Shown here piece by piece: positions 18,710-28,723 of a stretch of 64,000 bases of DNA (the first letter of the stretch is position 1; the number at the start of each line of letters is the position of its first letter). Made by a program: the position numbers and the translations under genes. Source of the stretch: an uncultured Armatimonadetes bacterium (GTDB lineage: Bacteria > Armatimonadota > UBA5829 > DTJY01); assembly GCA_963717145.1 (NCBI GenBank), contig OY970325.1:192001-256000 (forward strand). The letters run 5' to 3'. The notes beneath the pieces are model-generated. The model ran no database searches. It had not been told where the DNA came from and saw only the letters and a list, made by a program, of their open reading frames with translations.

Positions 18710-20227
18710 GTGAAAGAACTCGTAACACGTGCTCAGCGGGGCGATCTCGATGCCTTCGGGCAGATCGTGAATCGCTTCCAGGACATGGCGGTCGGGTATG
18801 CCTACAGCATCCTCGGCGACTTCCACCTGGCGGAGGATGCCGCTCAGGAAGCGTTCATTGGATGCTTCACTGAGTTGAGGCAGCTTCGGGAGCCGGACGC
18901 GTTTCCCTCGTGGTTCAGGCGGATCGTCTTCACTCAGTGCAGCCGCCTGACCCGTGGGAAGCGCGTGCCGATCGTCTCCCTGGAGGCCGCCGAGCAGATC
19001 GCCGACGCGCATGATCCGCTCGAGACGATCGAACGGAAGCAACTCAGCGATCGCGTCCTCGACGCGGTCCACGGGCTGCCGGACGACGAGCGCGCGGTCA
19101 TGACCCTCTTCTGCATCAACGGCTACTCACAGGCCGAGGTCGGCGCGTTCCTTGATATGCCCGTGAGCACCATCAAGAACCGCCTCCACTCGGCCCGAAC
19201 GAAACTTCGAGAAGGGATGATGGAGATGGTTGAAGAGACGTTGAGAGGAAGCGCGCCGGGCGACGAGTTCGCAGCGAAGATCAAGGGCAGGATCGACAAG
19301 CTGGAATGGGTCTCGCGATATCTTACAAGTCTTGGATGTCTGGAGGGGTGCACTAACTATCTGGGTTACAGCTATCCCGACGGATGGGTCGCCGGCGCGA
19401 CCGGAGATGCCTTCGCGATCCGGATGCATAAGGAGACGTGCCCAGCCGGCATCATCGCATGGAAACCGCCGACAGAGCTGGGTCTGAACATCGGTGTGGA
19501 CCGCGTGACCATCCTGCCGCAGATGGACGATGTTGCCGAACAGCAGCGGATCGTCTGGACCGCGACGGAGGAGGCTCTGAGGAACGGCTCGCCGTGCATC
19601 GGGTTTGCGATGGAGCAGTGGCAATCGTATCTCATCTATGGCTATGACGACGACGGTTACTACTACAAGCCGGTGATGGAGGGGGACGGCTACTTCCCGA
19701 AGGCGAAGATGGGTGTCGATGTGCCCTGCGTGATGACGATCGTTCGGAAGTCCGAACCTGCCGACGATCTGACGACCATTCGGGAAGTGTTGGACTTCGC
19801 TGTGAAGTACAACGCCGCTCCCGAGGAAGTCGCGCCCGGGTTCTTCGGGCCTCTGGAGGATTTCCGAGCCGGTGTCGAGGCCTACGACCTCTGGGCCGAA
19901 TCGCTCAGGCAGGGCCGGGCGGATGCTTTCGGCAACGGCTTCAATGCCCATATCTTCGCCGAACTCAGGCAGTTGGCGGTCAAGTTCCTGGAGGAGGCAT
20001 CGCGCCGGGTGAATGCCTCAGGGTTCGAGGAGGCGATCGGACATTACCGAACCGTGGCCGAGCAACTGCGGACCGTCGCGGACCTCTTCCCGATGTCGAC
20101 GGACCCGAATGTATGTGAAGGACAGGGATCGGATCGCTCGCGCTGTCGAGGCTCTCTCATCCGCCAAAGCCGCCGAGATTCTCGGCCTCAAGGCGATCGA
20201 GCGGATTCTGACCGGGCTCTAGGTTGA
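18710..20227 (+). CDS. ECF sigma factor with a long C-terminal extension; probable frameshift near 20109
   Basis: Paralog of 17071; the homologous last helix lies in another frame ending at 20222. Confidence 0.85.
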   Translation: MKELVTRAQRGDLDAFGQIVNRFQDMAVGYAYSILGDFHLAEDAAQEAFIGCFTELRQLREPDAFPSWFRRIVFTQCSRLTRGKRVPIVSLEAAEQIADAHDPLETIERKQLSDRVLDAVHGLPDDERAVMTLFCINGYSQAEVGAFLDMPVSTIKNRLHSARTKLREGMMEMVEETLRGSAPGDEFAAKIKGRIDKLEWVSRYLTSLGCLEGCTNYLGYSYPDGWVAGATGDAFAIRMHKETCPAGIIAWKPPTELGLNIGVDRVTILPQMDDVAEQQRIVWTATEEALRNGSPCIGFAMEQWQSYLIYGYDDDGYYYKPVMEGDGYFPKAKMGVDVPCVMTIVRKSEPADDLTTIREVLDFAVKYNAAPEEVAPGFFGPLEDFRAGVEAYDLWAESLRQGRADAFGNGFNAHIFAELRQLAVKFLEEASRRVNASGFEEAIGHYRTVAEQLRTVADLFPMSTDPNVCEGQGSDRSRCRGSLIRQSRRDSRPQGDRADSDRALG

Positions 20228-20269
20228 CCACGCCTCCGGTCCAAAGCTATGATAGGGCCGGAGGTAGAC

Positions 20270-20812
20270 ATGGCTGACATTCGCCTTGAGACAGAGCGCC
20301 TGATCCTGCGAGACATCGAGGAGGACGACTGGGCATCGGTTCAGCGGTATGCGAGCATTCCGATCGTCTGCCGGTTCATGGCCTGGGGGCCGAACACGGA
20401 GCAGGATTCGAAGGATTTCGCCACGCGGGCGCAGGCAAGTCGAGGCCAGGATCCGCAGAAGGAAGTCCATCTCGGCATCATACGGAAGGACACCGGGGAG
20501 TTCATCGGCTCGTGCGGGATATCGCGCAGGGATGGTCGCATGCATGAGGCCGAAATCGGCTACTGTCTCCATCCCGACTCCTGGAACCACGGTCTCATGA
20601 CGGAAGCCGCCGGTGCATTAGTCGGCTTCGGTTTCACCGGATGGAAAGTGCACCGCATCTTCGCCCGAATCGACCCCGAGAACTTCGGCTCGATCCGGGT
20701 TGCGGAGAAGTGTGGGATGCGCCGGGAGGGACATCTCTTGAAGACCGACTGGATCAAGGGCGAGTGGCGTGACATGCTGATATACGCGATCTTGGATGAG
20801 GAGTGGAAGTAG
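20270..20812 (+). CDS. RimJ/RimL-family GNAT acetyltransferase
   Basis: LETERLILR, AEIGY.LHP.SWNHG and N.GSIRVAEKCGM motifs. Confidence 0.92.
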   Translation: MADIRLETERLILRDIEEDDWASVQRYASIPIVCRFMAWGPNTEQDSKDFATRAQASRGQDPQKEVHLGIIRKDTGEFIGSCGISRRDGRMHEAEIGYCLHPDSWNHGLMTEAAGALVGFGFTGWKVHRIFARIDPENFGSIRVAEKCGMRREGHLLKTDWIKGEWRDMLIYAILDEEWK

Positions 20813-23011
20813 ATGGAAGTCAGATTTGCGATATGCTTGCTGATCGTGTGCTGCCTGGCGACGACGGCGTCGGCAGCCGGTGTCAAGCCTGAGGGGTATG
20901 TGAGGCAGTGGACGATCCTCGGGCCGTTCCCGAACCCGGAGCGCCCGGCGACTCAGAAGGACCGTGGCGCGTTCGACATCGACTACCTGAAGTCCATCGG
21001 TAGCGAGGCGAACGCCCGGATCAAGCCGGACACCGTGGTCCTCACATCGAGCGAGGCGGCGAAGACCATCCGCGTCGAGGCTAAGGCCATTCAGATGACA
21101 GGCCCGGCGCTCGACTTCACTGCTCACTACAAGGATTCCGACCACAAGCTTGCCTATGCTTACGTCGAGGTCGACTCCTCCCGAGACCAGGAGGCGCTCT
21201 TCCTCGTCGGATCGGACGACGGCATCAAGGTCTGGGTGAACGGCAAGCTCGTCCACGAGAACTTCATCCAGCGTGCCGCCGTCGCCCGATCCGACCGCTT
21301 CACGACCAAGCTCAAGAAGGGCGCGAACACCGTCCTGTGCAAGGTGGAGAACGGTGACGGCGGCTGGGCGCTCATCCTGGAGGCATACGCCGGCAAGGAT
21401 GCCGACGACATCCTCGCCGAGATCCAGGCGGCCGAGAACGCGCGGGCGTTCCAGCGCGAGGCGATCGACCGCATCGGGTCCGGCTACGTCTTCTGGACCG
21501 GATGGTGGGGTGCGCCACGGTTCGACTGGAAGCGCCCTGACCGCGTCAGGGAGTTGGAAGGCGAGATCCCGCTCAAGGCGCGCTGGTTCGACGCCTCGCT
21601 CAATGAGGTCAAGGCGGCCGACAAGCCGGGGAGGTACATGGTCTATCTCGAAGGGAAGATGAAGGACGGCACGCCGGTCCGCCGGGCCGTGACCACCTAC
21701 TGCGATCCTCCGATGGGCATGGGCCTCGACTCGACGGCTAAGGTCGCGATGCCGTATCCCGGCAAGCCGCTCGATCCGACTGCGTGGGCTGAGCACGAGA
21801 AGCAGTTCTCGTCGGATGCCGATGGGATTCTGCGCGATGCGATCGTCGAGACCGAGAAGGGCGCGATGTTCCTCGCCGCTCTCTATGAGGCCAAACCCAC
21901 CGGCACTCCCGCGACCGTCACCGAATCGGCGCTCGTCCTGCACGATGATTATCAGCTCGCCCTGAAGCTCAAGATACTCGGAATGACGGACAAGACGAAG
22001 CCGCTCGCAGCTCCGAAGCATCTCGACAAGCCCGCGCCGGTCATCCGCGAGGGCACATCAGCGGAGGCCGGGATGAAGCCGGGCGCCAAGGAGAAGATCG
22101 ACGCCGTCTGCGCCAAGTGGGCCGAGGACTCCGGCGAGCCGTTCACCATCCTCGTCGCCCGGCACGGCGTGATCGTCACGGAGGAGGCGTTCGGGCCGGT
22201 CGATTTCGACTACCGAACCGACGTGATGTCGATCACCAAGGCCGTCTCGGGGATGCTCTTCAGCCGGTTCCTCGACCAGGGGTACTGCAAGCTCGACGAC
22301 CCGATCGGCAAGGTCGTCCCCGGCTTCCCGACGAAGGGTCAGCTCGCGCTGACCTACCGCCAGCTCTTCACCCATACGACCGGCCTCGAGGGGCACTTCG
22401 AGTGGGGCGGCATCCACAATCCTTGGCTCGACAACGTTGCGCTCACCGGCCTGCCTTACCTCCACCCCGGCTCGATCTTCCTGTACAACGGTATGGGCTA
22501 CGATCTTGCGGGCAAGGCGATGGAGTACATGACCGGCACTTCGATCATCCGTCTCTTCCACGAAGCGCTTTTCCGCCCTCTCGGGATCGACGATGTTCCG
22601 CTCGCCGGCCTCGGATACGGGGCGAACCTGACCGCCCGCGAACTCGGCATCCTCGGGCAGTTCCTCGCGAACCACGGCTCGTATGGCGACAAGCAGTTCA
22701 TCTCCGAGGAGACCTTCCAGTCGCTCCTGCCGACCGACCTGAGCAAGTACTACCCGGCCGTCAAGGTGGACTGGGGGATCGGCCTCACGTGGATGCCCGA
22801 GCACAGGCCCGGCGCGCCGTTCATGTCGCTCGATCCGAAGGACCTGATCCTCGGCGCGCGCACGGTCGGCCACGGCTCGGCGTCGAGTTGCATCCTCCGC
22901 GCCGACCTCGATCACGACCTGGTGATCGCCCAGATTCGCCGCACCGCCGGCCCGAAGTACGGGGAATACGCCCAGGAGTTCTTCACCACCATCGCGGACG
23001 AGATGGAGTAG
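20813..23011 (+). CDS. Secreted beta-lactamase-fold serine hydrolase with an N-terminal PA14-like domain
   Basis: GSDDGIKVWVNG, SxxK (SITK), LFTHTTG, YNG and GHG motifs. Confidence 0.85.
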   Translation: MEVRFAICLLIVCCLATTASAAGVKPEGYVRQWTILGPFPNPERPATQKDRGAFDIDYLKSIGSEANARIKPDTVVLTSSEAAKTIRVEAKAIQMTGPALDFTAHYKDSDHKLAYAYVEVDSSRDQEALFLVGSDDGIKVWVNGKLVHENFIQRAAVARSDRFTTKLKKGANTVLCKVENGDGGWALILEAYAGKDADDILAEIQAAENARAFQREAIDRIGSGYVFWTGWWGAPRFDWKRPDRVRELEGEIPLKARWFDASLNEVKAADKPGRYMVYLEGKMKDGTPVRRAVTTYCDPPMGMGLDSTAKVAMPYPGKPLDPTAWAEHEKQFSSDADGILRDAIVETEKGAMFLAALYEAKPTGTPATVTESALVLHDDYQLALKLKILGMTDKTKPLAAPKHLDKPAPVIREGTSAEAGMKPGAKEKIDAVCAKWAEDSGEPFTILVARHGVIVTEEAFGPVDFDYRTDVMSITKAVSGMLFSRFLDQGYCKLDDPIGKVVPGFPTKGQLALTYRQLFTHTTGLEGHFEWGGIHNPWLDNVALTGLPYLHPGSIFLYNGMGYDLAGKAMEYMTGTSIIRLFHEALFRPLGIDDVPLAGLGYGANLTARELGILGQFLANHGSYGDKQFISEETFQSLLPTDLSKYYPAVKVDWGIGLTWMPEHRPGAPFMSLDPKDLILGARTVGHGSASSCILRADLDHDLVIAQIRRTAGPKYGEYAQEFFTTIADEME

Positions 23012-23038
23012 GTCGGCAATCCGTCCTGAGAAGCCGCC

Positions 23039-23195
23039 CACCGTCAGTCCTGAGTGCGCCGGTGAATGACGGCGTGTATCGAAGGACGGCTCTTACTGCA
23101 CCGAGCCGTCCTTCGATACACGCCCAGAGGCGTCCCTTTGGGGACGCCGGAGGCCGTCCCCAGAGGGACGCAGAGGCGCACTCAGGACTGACGGT
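23039..23195. repeat. Long palindromic element (family P), with a nested insertion in the right arm
   Basis: caccgtcagtcctgag...gaaggacggc / gccgtccttcg...ctcaggactgacggt. Confidence 0.85.
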
Positions 23196-23395
23196 TACTG
23201 CTCCGGACACAGGAAGCGGCAGGAGTCCGACTCCCGCCCCAACTGGTCACTGCTCGCTGGTTACTGCCTACTTCCTGCTATCGTCCTGCCGCCATCGCCC
23301 CCAGAACAGCGAAATCTACGGGCCATCGCACCACGGATCGGCAGTGACCTCAGCGCTTCCCTGAGTCCCAACAACAAAAAAAACGTTGGTACTGT

Positions 23396-23424
23396 TGACA
23401 ATACCGGGTTTCATCCGTCTACTA
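23396..23424 (+). promoter_or_regulatory. Sigma70-type promoter
   Basis: TTGACA-N17-TCTACT upstream of 23478. Confidence 0.5.
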
Positions 23425-23477
23425 AGTAGGCGAGCAATAAGCTCAGCCATAGCCAACTACGAAAGGAGCAGTAAGGA

Positions 23478-24569
23478 ATGACAGGGCGGAAAGTCGTTCG
23501 TTTCACTGCACTACTGGTCTTGCTCCTCGCTTGGAGCGGCTCGGCATTCGCCGGGTGGACTCTCACCAGTCTCTATCCCTCCAGCACCGTGAACTCCCAG
23601 GCCGAGGGCGTCGCCGGCCAGCAGCAAGTCGGATACGGAGCTGCCACCAGCGACAACAAGAAGCACGCCTTCCTCTGGACCGGCTCCTCGGGAAGCAGGG
23701 TGGACCTGACTCCCGCGGAGGCCACCGAGGCCTGGGCCATCGGCACATCCGGGGCGAAGCAGGTCGGGTACGCCTTGGTGGGAGGAAACACGAAGGCGTC
23801 GCTCTGGAACGGCACAGCGGGCAGTTGGGTGAACCTCAATCCGGTCGGCTACACTAGTTCCTACGCCTACGGCATGTGGAGCAACACACAGGTGGGAGCA
23901 GTGCTGACCAGCGGCGGCGCCCACGCGGGCTTGTGGCAAGGGACGGCCGGGAGTTGGGTGGATCTCAATCCCCTGAGCGCCACCAGGTCCTACGCCTACG
24001 CCGCCTGGGGCGATCAGCAGGTGGGATACGCGTACTACTCCAGCAAGGACCGCGCCGGCTTATGGACCGGCACCCCAGGAAGCTGGGTCTCGCTCCATCC
24101 CACCACCGCCAGTGCATCGTACGCTTACGATGTCTGCAACGGTCAGCAGGTCGGATACGTCAACATATCCGGCGCCAAGGCCTCTCTGTGGACCGGCACG
24201 GCCGCGAGCAGGGTTGACCTGCACCCGGCCACCGCGACCTCGTCCTATGCCTACGGCGTCTCTAATGGATACCAGGCCGGATACGCCTGGTTCCCCGGCA
24301 GTGTCAAGAAAGCCGGAGTCTGGCACGGAACGGCCGCCAGTTGGGAGGACCTTCACAGTGCGCTTCCATCCAACTACTCGGCCTCGCAGGCGAAGGACAT
24401 CGCCGTGGCGGGCGCCGATATCTGGGTCGTAGGCCTGGCTCGCAACAGCACGACCGGACGCGACGAAGCCATCCTCTGGCACTACACCATCGTCCCCGAG
24501 CCGTCGGGCCTCCTCGCGCTGGGGAGCGGCCTGCTCGCACTGGGCGGCCTCATCCGACGACGACGGTAG
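23478..24569 (+). CDS. PEP-CTERM surface protein with ~40-aa beta-propeller-like repeats
   Basis: About seven units of QVG...A.LW.GTA.SWVDL.P; tail VPEPSGLLALGSGLLALGGLIRRRR. Confidence 0.9.
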   Translation: MTGRKVVRFTALLVLLLAWSGSAFAGWTLTSLYPSSTVNSQAEGVAGQQQVGYGAATSDNKKHAFLWTGSSGSRVDLTPAEATEAWAIGTSGAKQVGYALVGGNTKASLWNGTAGSWVNLNPVGYTSSYAYGMWSNTQVGAVLTSGGAHAGLWQGTAGSWVDLNPLSATRSYAYAAWGDQQVGYAYYSSKDRAGLWTGTPGSWVSLHPTTASASYAYDVCNGQQVGYVNISGAKASLWTGTAASRVDLHPATATSSYAYGVSNGYQAGYAWFPGSVKKAGVWHGTAASWEDLHSALPSNYSASQAKDIAVAGADIWVVGLARNSTTGRDEAILWHYTIVPEPSGLLALGSGLLALGGLIRRRR

Positions 24570-24713
24570 ATCATCCCTCGCACCGTTCAGCCTTTCCACA
24601 CGGGGCAGGGGTCCAACTCCTGCCCCGACTGCTTGCCGGCCACCATTCACTTCCCCACTTCTCCCCATCGCGGTATAATGGAGTGCGAGCGCCCGAACAC
24701 CAATGGAGGCATC

Positions 24714-26021
24714 ATGGAGAACCTGAACCTGACCAGATCGCTGGAGCTATACCGCGAAGCCATCGAGATCATCCCCGGCGGGAGCCAGACGATGAGCAAG
24801 CGCGCCACCGCCTTCGCACTCGGCGCGATGCCGATCTACATCGACCGCGCGGAGGGATGCCGCGTCTGGGACGTCGACGGCAACGAGTATATCGACTTCA
24901 TCGGCGCGCTCGGCCCGATCACGCTCGGGTACTGCTATCCCGCCGTCGATGAGGCCGTCCGCGAGCAACTTGCACGAGGCTCGATCTTTCCGATGCTCAG
25001 CCCACTGGAGATCGAGGCGGCGAGGGCGATCATCGAGTGCGTCCCGTGCGCGGAGATGGTCCGCTTCCTGAAGACCGGCGCGGAGGGAACGGCCGCCGCC
25101 GCACGGATCGCGCGCGGATTCACCGGCCGCGACCTCATCGTCAGCGCGGGGTATCACGGCTGGCTCGACACCTGGGCCGCCGCGAACAATCCGCCCTCCG
25201 ATCGTGGCGTCCCGAAGTGCCTCAAGGGCTCGATCGCGACGTTCGCGTTCGGCGCGTTCGAGGGCGACAACTCCCTGGAGGCCGCGCTCGACCGCCACAA
25301 GGGCGAGGTCGCGGGAATCATCCTCGAGCCGGTCACGTACTCCAACACCGACACCGGCGACTTCCTCCGATGGGCGAGGGAGCTTGCGGACAAGCACGAG
25401 GTCCCGCTGATCTACGACGAGATCGTCTCCGGCTTCCGGGTCGCGCTCGGCGGCGCGCAGGAGCACTTCGGCGTCATCCCCGACATCGCGGTCTTCGCGA
25501 AGGGGATCTCGAACGGCCTTCCACTGGCGGCGGTCGCGGGCAGGCGGGAGATCATGAAGGTTGCGGGCGAACTGGTGATCTCCTCGACCTACGGGGGCGA
25601 TGCGCTCTCACTCGCGGCGGTCGTCGCGTGCCTGAGGGAATATCGGACCCGGGATGTCATCCCGCACCTCCATACGATGGGCGAGCGGCTGATGGATGGG
25701 GCGAACCGGATCGCGGAGGGGGTCGGCCTCGCGCTGGTGTTCAGGGGCTGGCCGGTGATGAGTTCGTTCTCGTTCGGCTATGCGCCCGAGATCAACGCCG
25801 ACCTCATGACGCTCCTGCTCCAGGAGATGGCGAAGAGGGGAGTCCTGATCCGGCGCGGCGGCCTGAACTTCATCAACTACTCGCACAAGGCCGAGCACAT
25901 CGACGCGGCGCTCGCAGCCTTCCGCGAGGTCCTCCCGATCCTCAAGGCCGCCCTCGACTCCGGTGACATCCGCAGCCACCTCGTTACCACCGAGGTCGCC
26001 GACTCCATCCGCCGGTTCTGA
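24714..26021 (+). CDS. Class III aminotransferase (glutamate-1-semialdehyde aminomutase-like)
   Basis: DVDGNEYID, YHGW, DEIVSGFR and FAKGISNG motifs. Confidence 0.88.
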   Translation: MENLNLTRSLELYREAIEIIPGGSQTMSKRATAFALGAMPIYIDRAEGCRVWDVDGNEYIDFIGALGPITLGYCYPAVDEAVREQLARGSIFPMLSPLEIEAARAIIECVPCAEMVRFLKTGAEGTAAAARIARGFTGRDLIVSAGYHGWLDTWAAANNPPSDRGVPKCLKGSIATFAFGAFEGDNSLEAALDRHKGEVAGIILEPVTYSNTDTGDFLRWARELADKHEVPLIYDEIVSGFRVALGGAQEHFGVIPDIAVFAKGISNGLPLAAVAGRREIMKVAGELVISSTYGGDALSLAAVVACLREYRTRDVIPHLHTMGERLMDGANRIAEGVGLALVFRGWPVMSSFSFGYAPEINADLMTLLLQEMAKRGVLIRRGGLNFINYSHKAEHIDAALAAFREVLPILKAALDSGDIRSHLVTTEVADSIRRF

Positions 26022-26047
26022 ACCCATCGTTCGGGCCTACACCGTCG

Positions 26048-26202
26048 TTCGGGCCGGATTTGTAATCCGGCCCGCATTGGCAACCCATTGTTCGGGCGGA
26101 TTTGTAATCCAGCCCGCAGTGGCAAAGTGGGATCTGTGATCCCTGGGATGGCATCACAGATGCCGATTTGCCCCCTGGTGCTGGATTACAAATCCGCCCG
26201 AA
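26048..26202. repeat. REP-like cluster TTCGGGCGGATTTGTAATCC (two direct copies, one inverted)
   Basis: Copies near 26048 and 26091, and an inverted copy ending near 26203. Confidence 0.8.
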
Positions 26203-26233
26203 CACCGCGTCCCGATCAAAAGCGGAAGCTCCG

Positions 26234-28642
26234 TCAGACCTCCGCTTCCGCACTCCATACGGAGCGTCTGCGTCGCAGGACGAGAGTCGCCATGCCCGCG
26301 AACCCGAAGCCGAGAGCGATCCAGCCCGCGGGCTCGGGGACTACCGATGGCGTGCTCTTCGGGTCGACCGGCTTGAGCTTGGCTTCCTTGTACTGCTGTT
26401 CGTTCTCCAGCACGACGGCCCCGCTTACCGGCGTCACGATCTGGTAGTCGGCGGCGAACCTGGCGGCGTCGGGGTGCAGACGGGTATCGCCCGCGCGGCA
26501 GACGCGCATGACCTCGTCACGCGCCCAGAGCCTCGCGATGTGCGACGAACCTCGGGCCGCCCCCGCGACTTCTCCGATCGGCACGCGCATCCTGACCATC
26601 TCCATCGAGCCGTCGCTCCATCGCGAGAAGAGCATCCTGAGGTCCTGTGACACCGTGCCGAGCCGAGGGACCGCCGATATCGCACCGGTGCGATCGAGGT
26701 CGGCCGTCACGTTGTTCCGACCGCCGGCGGTCGCCAGCGAGTGGATAGTGATCGCACCCGGATGCCGCTCGATCCACTGGAGGATCTGCTCGGTGTACGC
26801 TCCCGACGCGAACGGCTGAGCGCCGCAGACCCAGACGATCGTGCTGTTCTTCTCCCCGGCCGCCATGTAGAGCGCTTTGAGCAGCGCCGGTCGGTTGTCG
26901 ATCCCGCCGACCGACTTGAAGCCCCGTAGCGCCCCCTGCGCCGCCTTGACAGATTCTGTGCTGACCGACTGCACTTGTGTCAACTGCTCGGCCTCGTCGC
27001 CCGCGCCGATCACCGCGAACCGGCTGTTCTTCGGCAGAGCATCGAGCGCCTCCGCCACCTGTTCCTTCGCACTCTTCGAGGGCAGTGAGCCGTCCATCAC
27101 GATGACCACCGATCCGGGCGGGTTGGCCTTGACCTGCGCCAACTCCTGAACGATCGCATGCCCGTTGTCCTGCCGATCCGGAGTCCACACCCGGCGCACA
27201 TCGGCGTCTCGCTCGCACTCGATGATGCTGCCCGCAAGCTGACCGTCGGCCAGTGCAAGCTGAATGGCCCGGCCACGCTGCCCGCCTGCGCTCATATCGA
27301 GGGGCGACTCGATCAGGACCGCGTGCTTCACGCCGTCCGGTACGCCAAAGTTCCTCTCGGCGAAGCGGGGCAGGACGTAGTGCGCCTTCGACAGGTCCTC
27401 GGGCACGAGCGGAGATGTGATGCCGACGCGCACCTTCATCGTTCCGCCGCCCTCGGACACCGGGAAGCACTGCATCAGCACGCGGTCCGGCCCGCACGTC
27501 GTCACCAGCACGGGGTCTCGACTCTGGACGACCGCCACCTGCTGATACGCCTCGCGGACCTTCCCACGCCCGGCAAACGCTGCCTCGCGTTCCTCGCCGT
27601 GGACCCACAGTGTGAGCCGCGACACTACTCCGCCCGGCGGGAGTGCGATCTCGGCGCGCGCTTCCCGCTGCACCGACGAGTTGTTCCGAAACGTCATCGT
27701 CCACTCCGTGTATGCCGTGAGCGCGTCCGGGTCGACGACCGCGTCGATCCGCGACGATTCCAGTGAGAGGTCTGTCACGCGGCTGTTGACCGCCGTGCCT
27801 CCGACATCGGGATCGAATTGGAAGTCGCTCGTCATCTCCGACCGGAAGCCGATCAGCCGGGGTGGGGGCATCGAGTTGAACTGCCTGCCGGCGACTCTGT
27901 AGTAGGTGGTCCGCGCCTGTTCCCGCCGGCTGGTGTCCCAGCCTCGCCACTCAAGCGCATCGTAGGCCCAGTAGTTGACGGGCAGGTCATAGCACGCCCG
28001 AAGCAGGACCGCCTCGCTCCCGAACCGCCGGATCATGCGTACCCCGCGCGCGGCCGTTGCCTCGTCGCTCGACTGCGCCATCCCCATGCCGACGTTCGTC
28101 ACCGCCGTACTGACGATGTGCGCGCCGAGAATCACCACCGCGACGAGTATGCCCGCCCAGAGCGTTCCCCTGTGCGCCTTCTCATTTGCGTGGGAGAGTG
28201 CCTTCAGCCGCCTGCCGCAGACGATCGACGCTGCAAGCGCGAGGAACGGGCTCAATCCGCAGAGCCCGAGGCCGAACGCTACGATTCCCATCACTGAGAA
28301 CGGCGCGACCGGAAGGAAGATCAGTGAGTAGACGACCGTCGTCCCGATAGACGTGCCGAGGAGGAACGTGACCGGTTTCGCAAGGGTGAAGTTGCTCCGC
28401 AGGCAGATCATCAGCGCCGCCAGGTTGGCGATCGGTATGCAGGCGAGGAGGGCGATATGCGCGACGGTCGGCGTGGGGTCGAAGAAGATGCTGGAGCAGA
28501 GATGGAGCAGTAGCTCGACGGTAACAGCAGCGAGAGGGAGCAGGACACCGGCGAACAGGGCGAAGACCATCCAGCCGCGCCAGGGTGTCCTGGCCGCGGG
28601 GTTAGGAGGAGGTTCTGCCTGAAGATCGTTGTTCTCGGACAT
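26234..28642 (-). CDS. Membrane protein with VIT and vWA-like domains and a PEP-CTERM tail
   Basis: About 5 N-terminal TM; TEWTMTF.N...REAR..IALP.G.VVS.LTLWV; IVMDGS; C-terminal VPEP + TM + RRRR. Confidence 0.85.
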   Translation of the reverse strand: MSENNDLQAEPPPNPAARTPWRGWMVFALFAGVLLPLAAVTVELLLHLCSSIFFDPTPTVAHIALLACIPIANLAALMICLRSNFTLAKPVTFLLGTSIGTTVVYSLIFLPVAPFSVMGIVAFGLGLCGLSPFLALAASIVCGRRLKALSHANEKAHRGTLWAGILVAVVILGAHIVSTAVTNVGMGMAQSSDEATAARGVRMIRRFGSEAVLLRACYDLPVNYWAYDALEWRGWDTSRREQARTTYYRVAGRQFNSMPPPRLIGFRSEMTSDFQFDPDVGGTAVNSRVTDLSLESSRIDAVVDPDALTAYTEWTMTFRNNSSVQREARAEIALPPGGVVSRLTLWVHGEEREAAFAGRGKVREAYQQVAVVQSRDPVLVTTCGPDRVLMQCFPVSEGGGTMKVRVGITSPLVPEDLSKAHYVLPRFAERNFGVPDGVKHAVLIESPLDMSAGGQRGRAIQLALADGQLAGSIIECERDADVRRVWTPDRQDNGHAIVQELAQVKANPPGSVVIVMDGSLPSKSAKEQVAEALDALPKNSRFAVIGAGDEAEQLTQVQSVSTESVKAAQGALRGFKSVGGIDNRPALLKALYMAAGEKNSTIVWVCGAQPFASGAYTEQILQWIERHPGAITIHSLATAGGRNNVTADLDRTGAISAVPRLGTVSQDLRMLFSRWSDGSMEMVRMRVPIGEVAGAARGSSHIARLWARDEVMRVCRAGDTRLHPDAARFAADYQIVTPVSGAVVLENEQQYKEAKLKPVDPKSTPSVVPEPAGWIALGFGFAGMATLVLRRRRSVWSAEAEV

Positions 28643-28723
28643 GACGTGCCTCCGTAAGCAGAGATCTCCGGCGCCTCCCACAGGGGGACGCCGGGCGTAA
28701 ACCGCATGCCAATAGGATATACG

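Noticed and set aside
24714-26021. Assigning the symbol hemL
   Set aside because: Family is clear, but there is no tetrapyrrole context and the sequence is divergent; substrate unknown.
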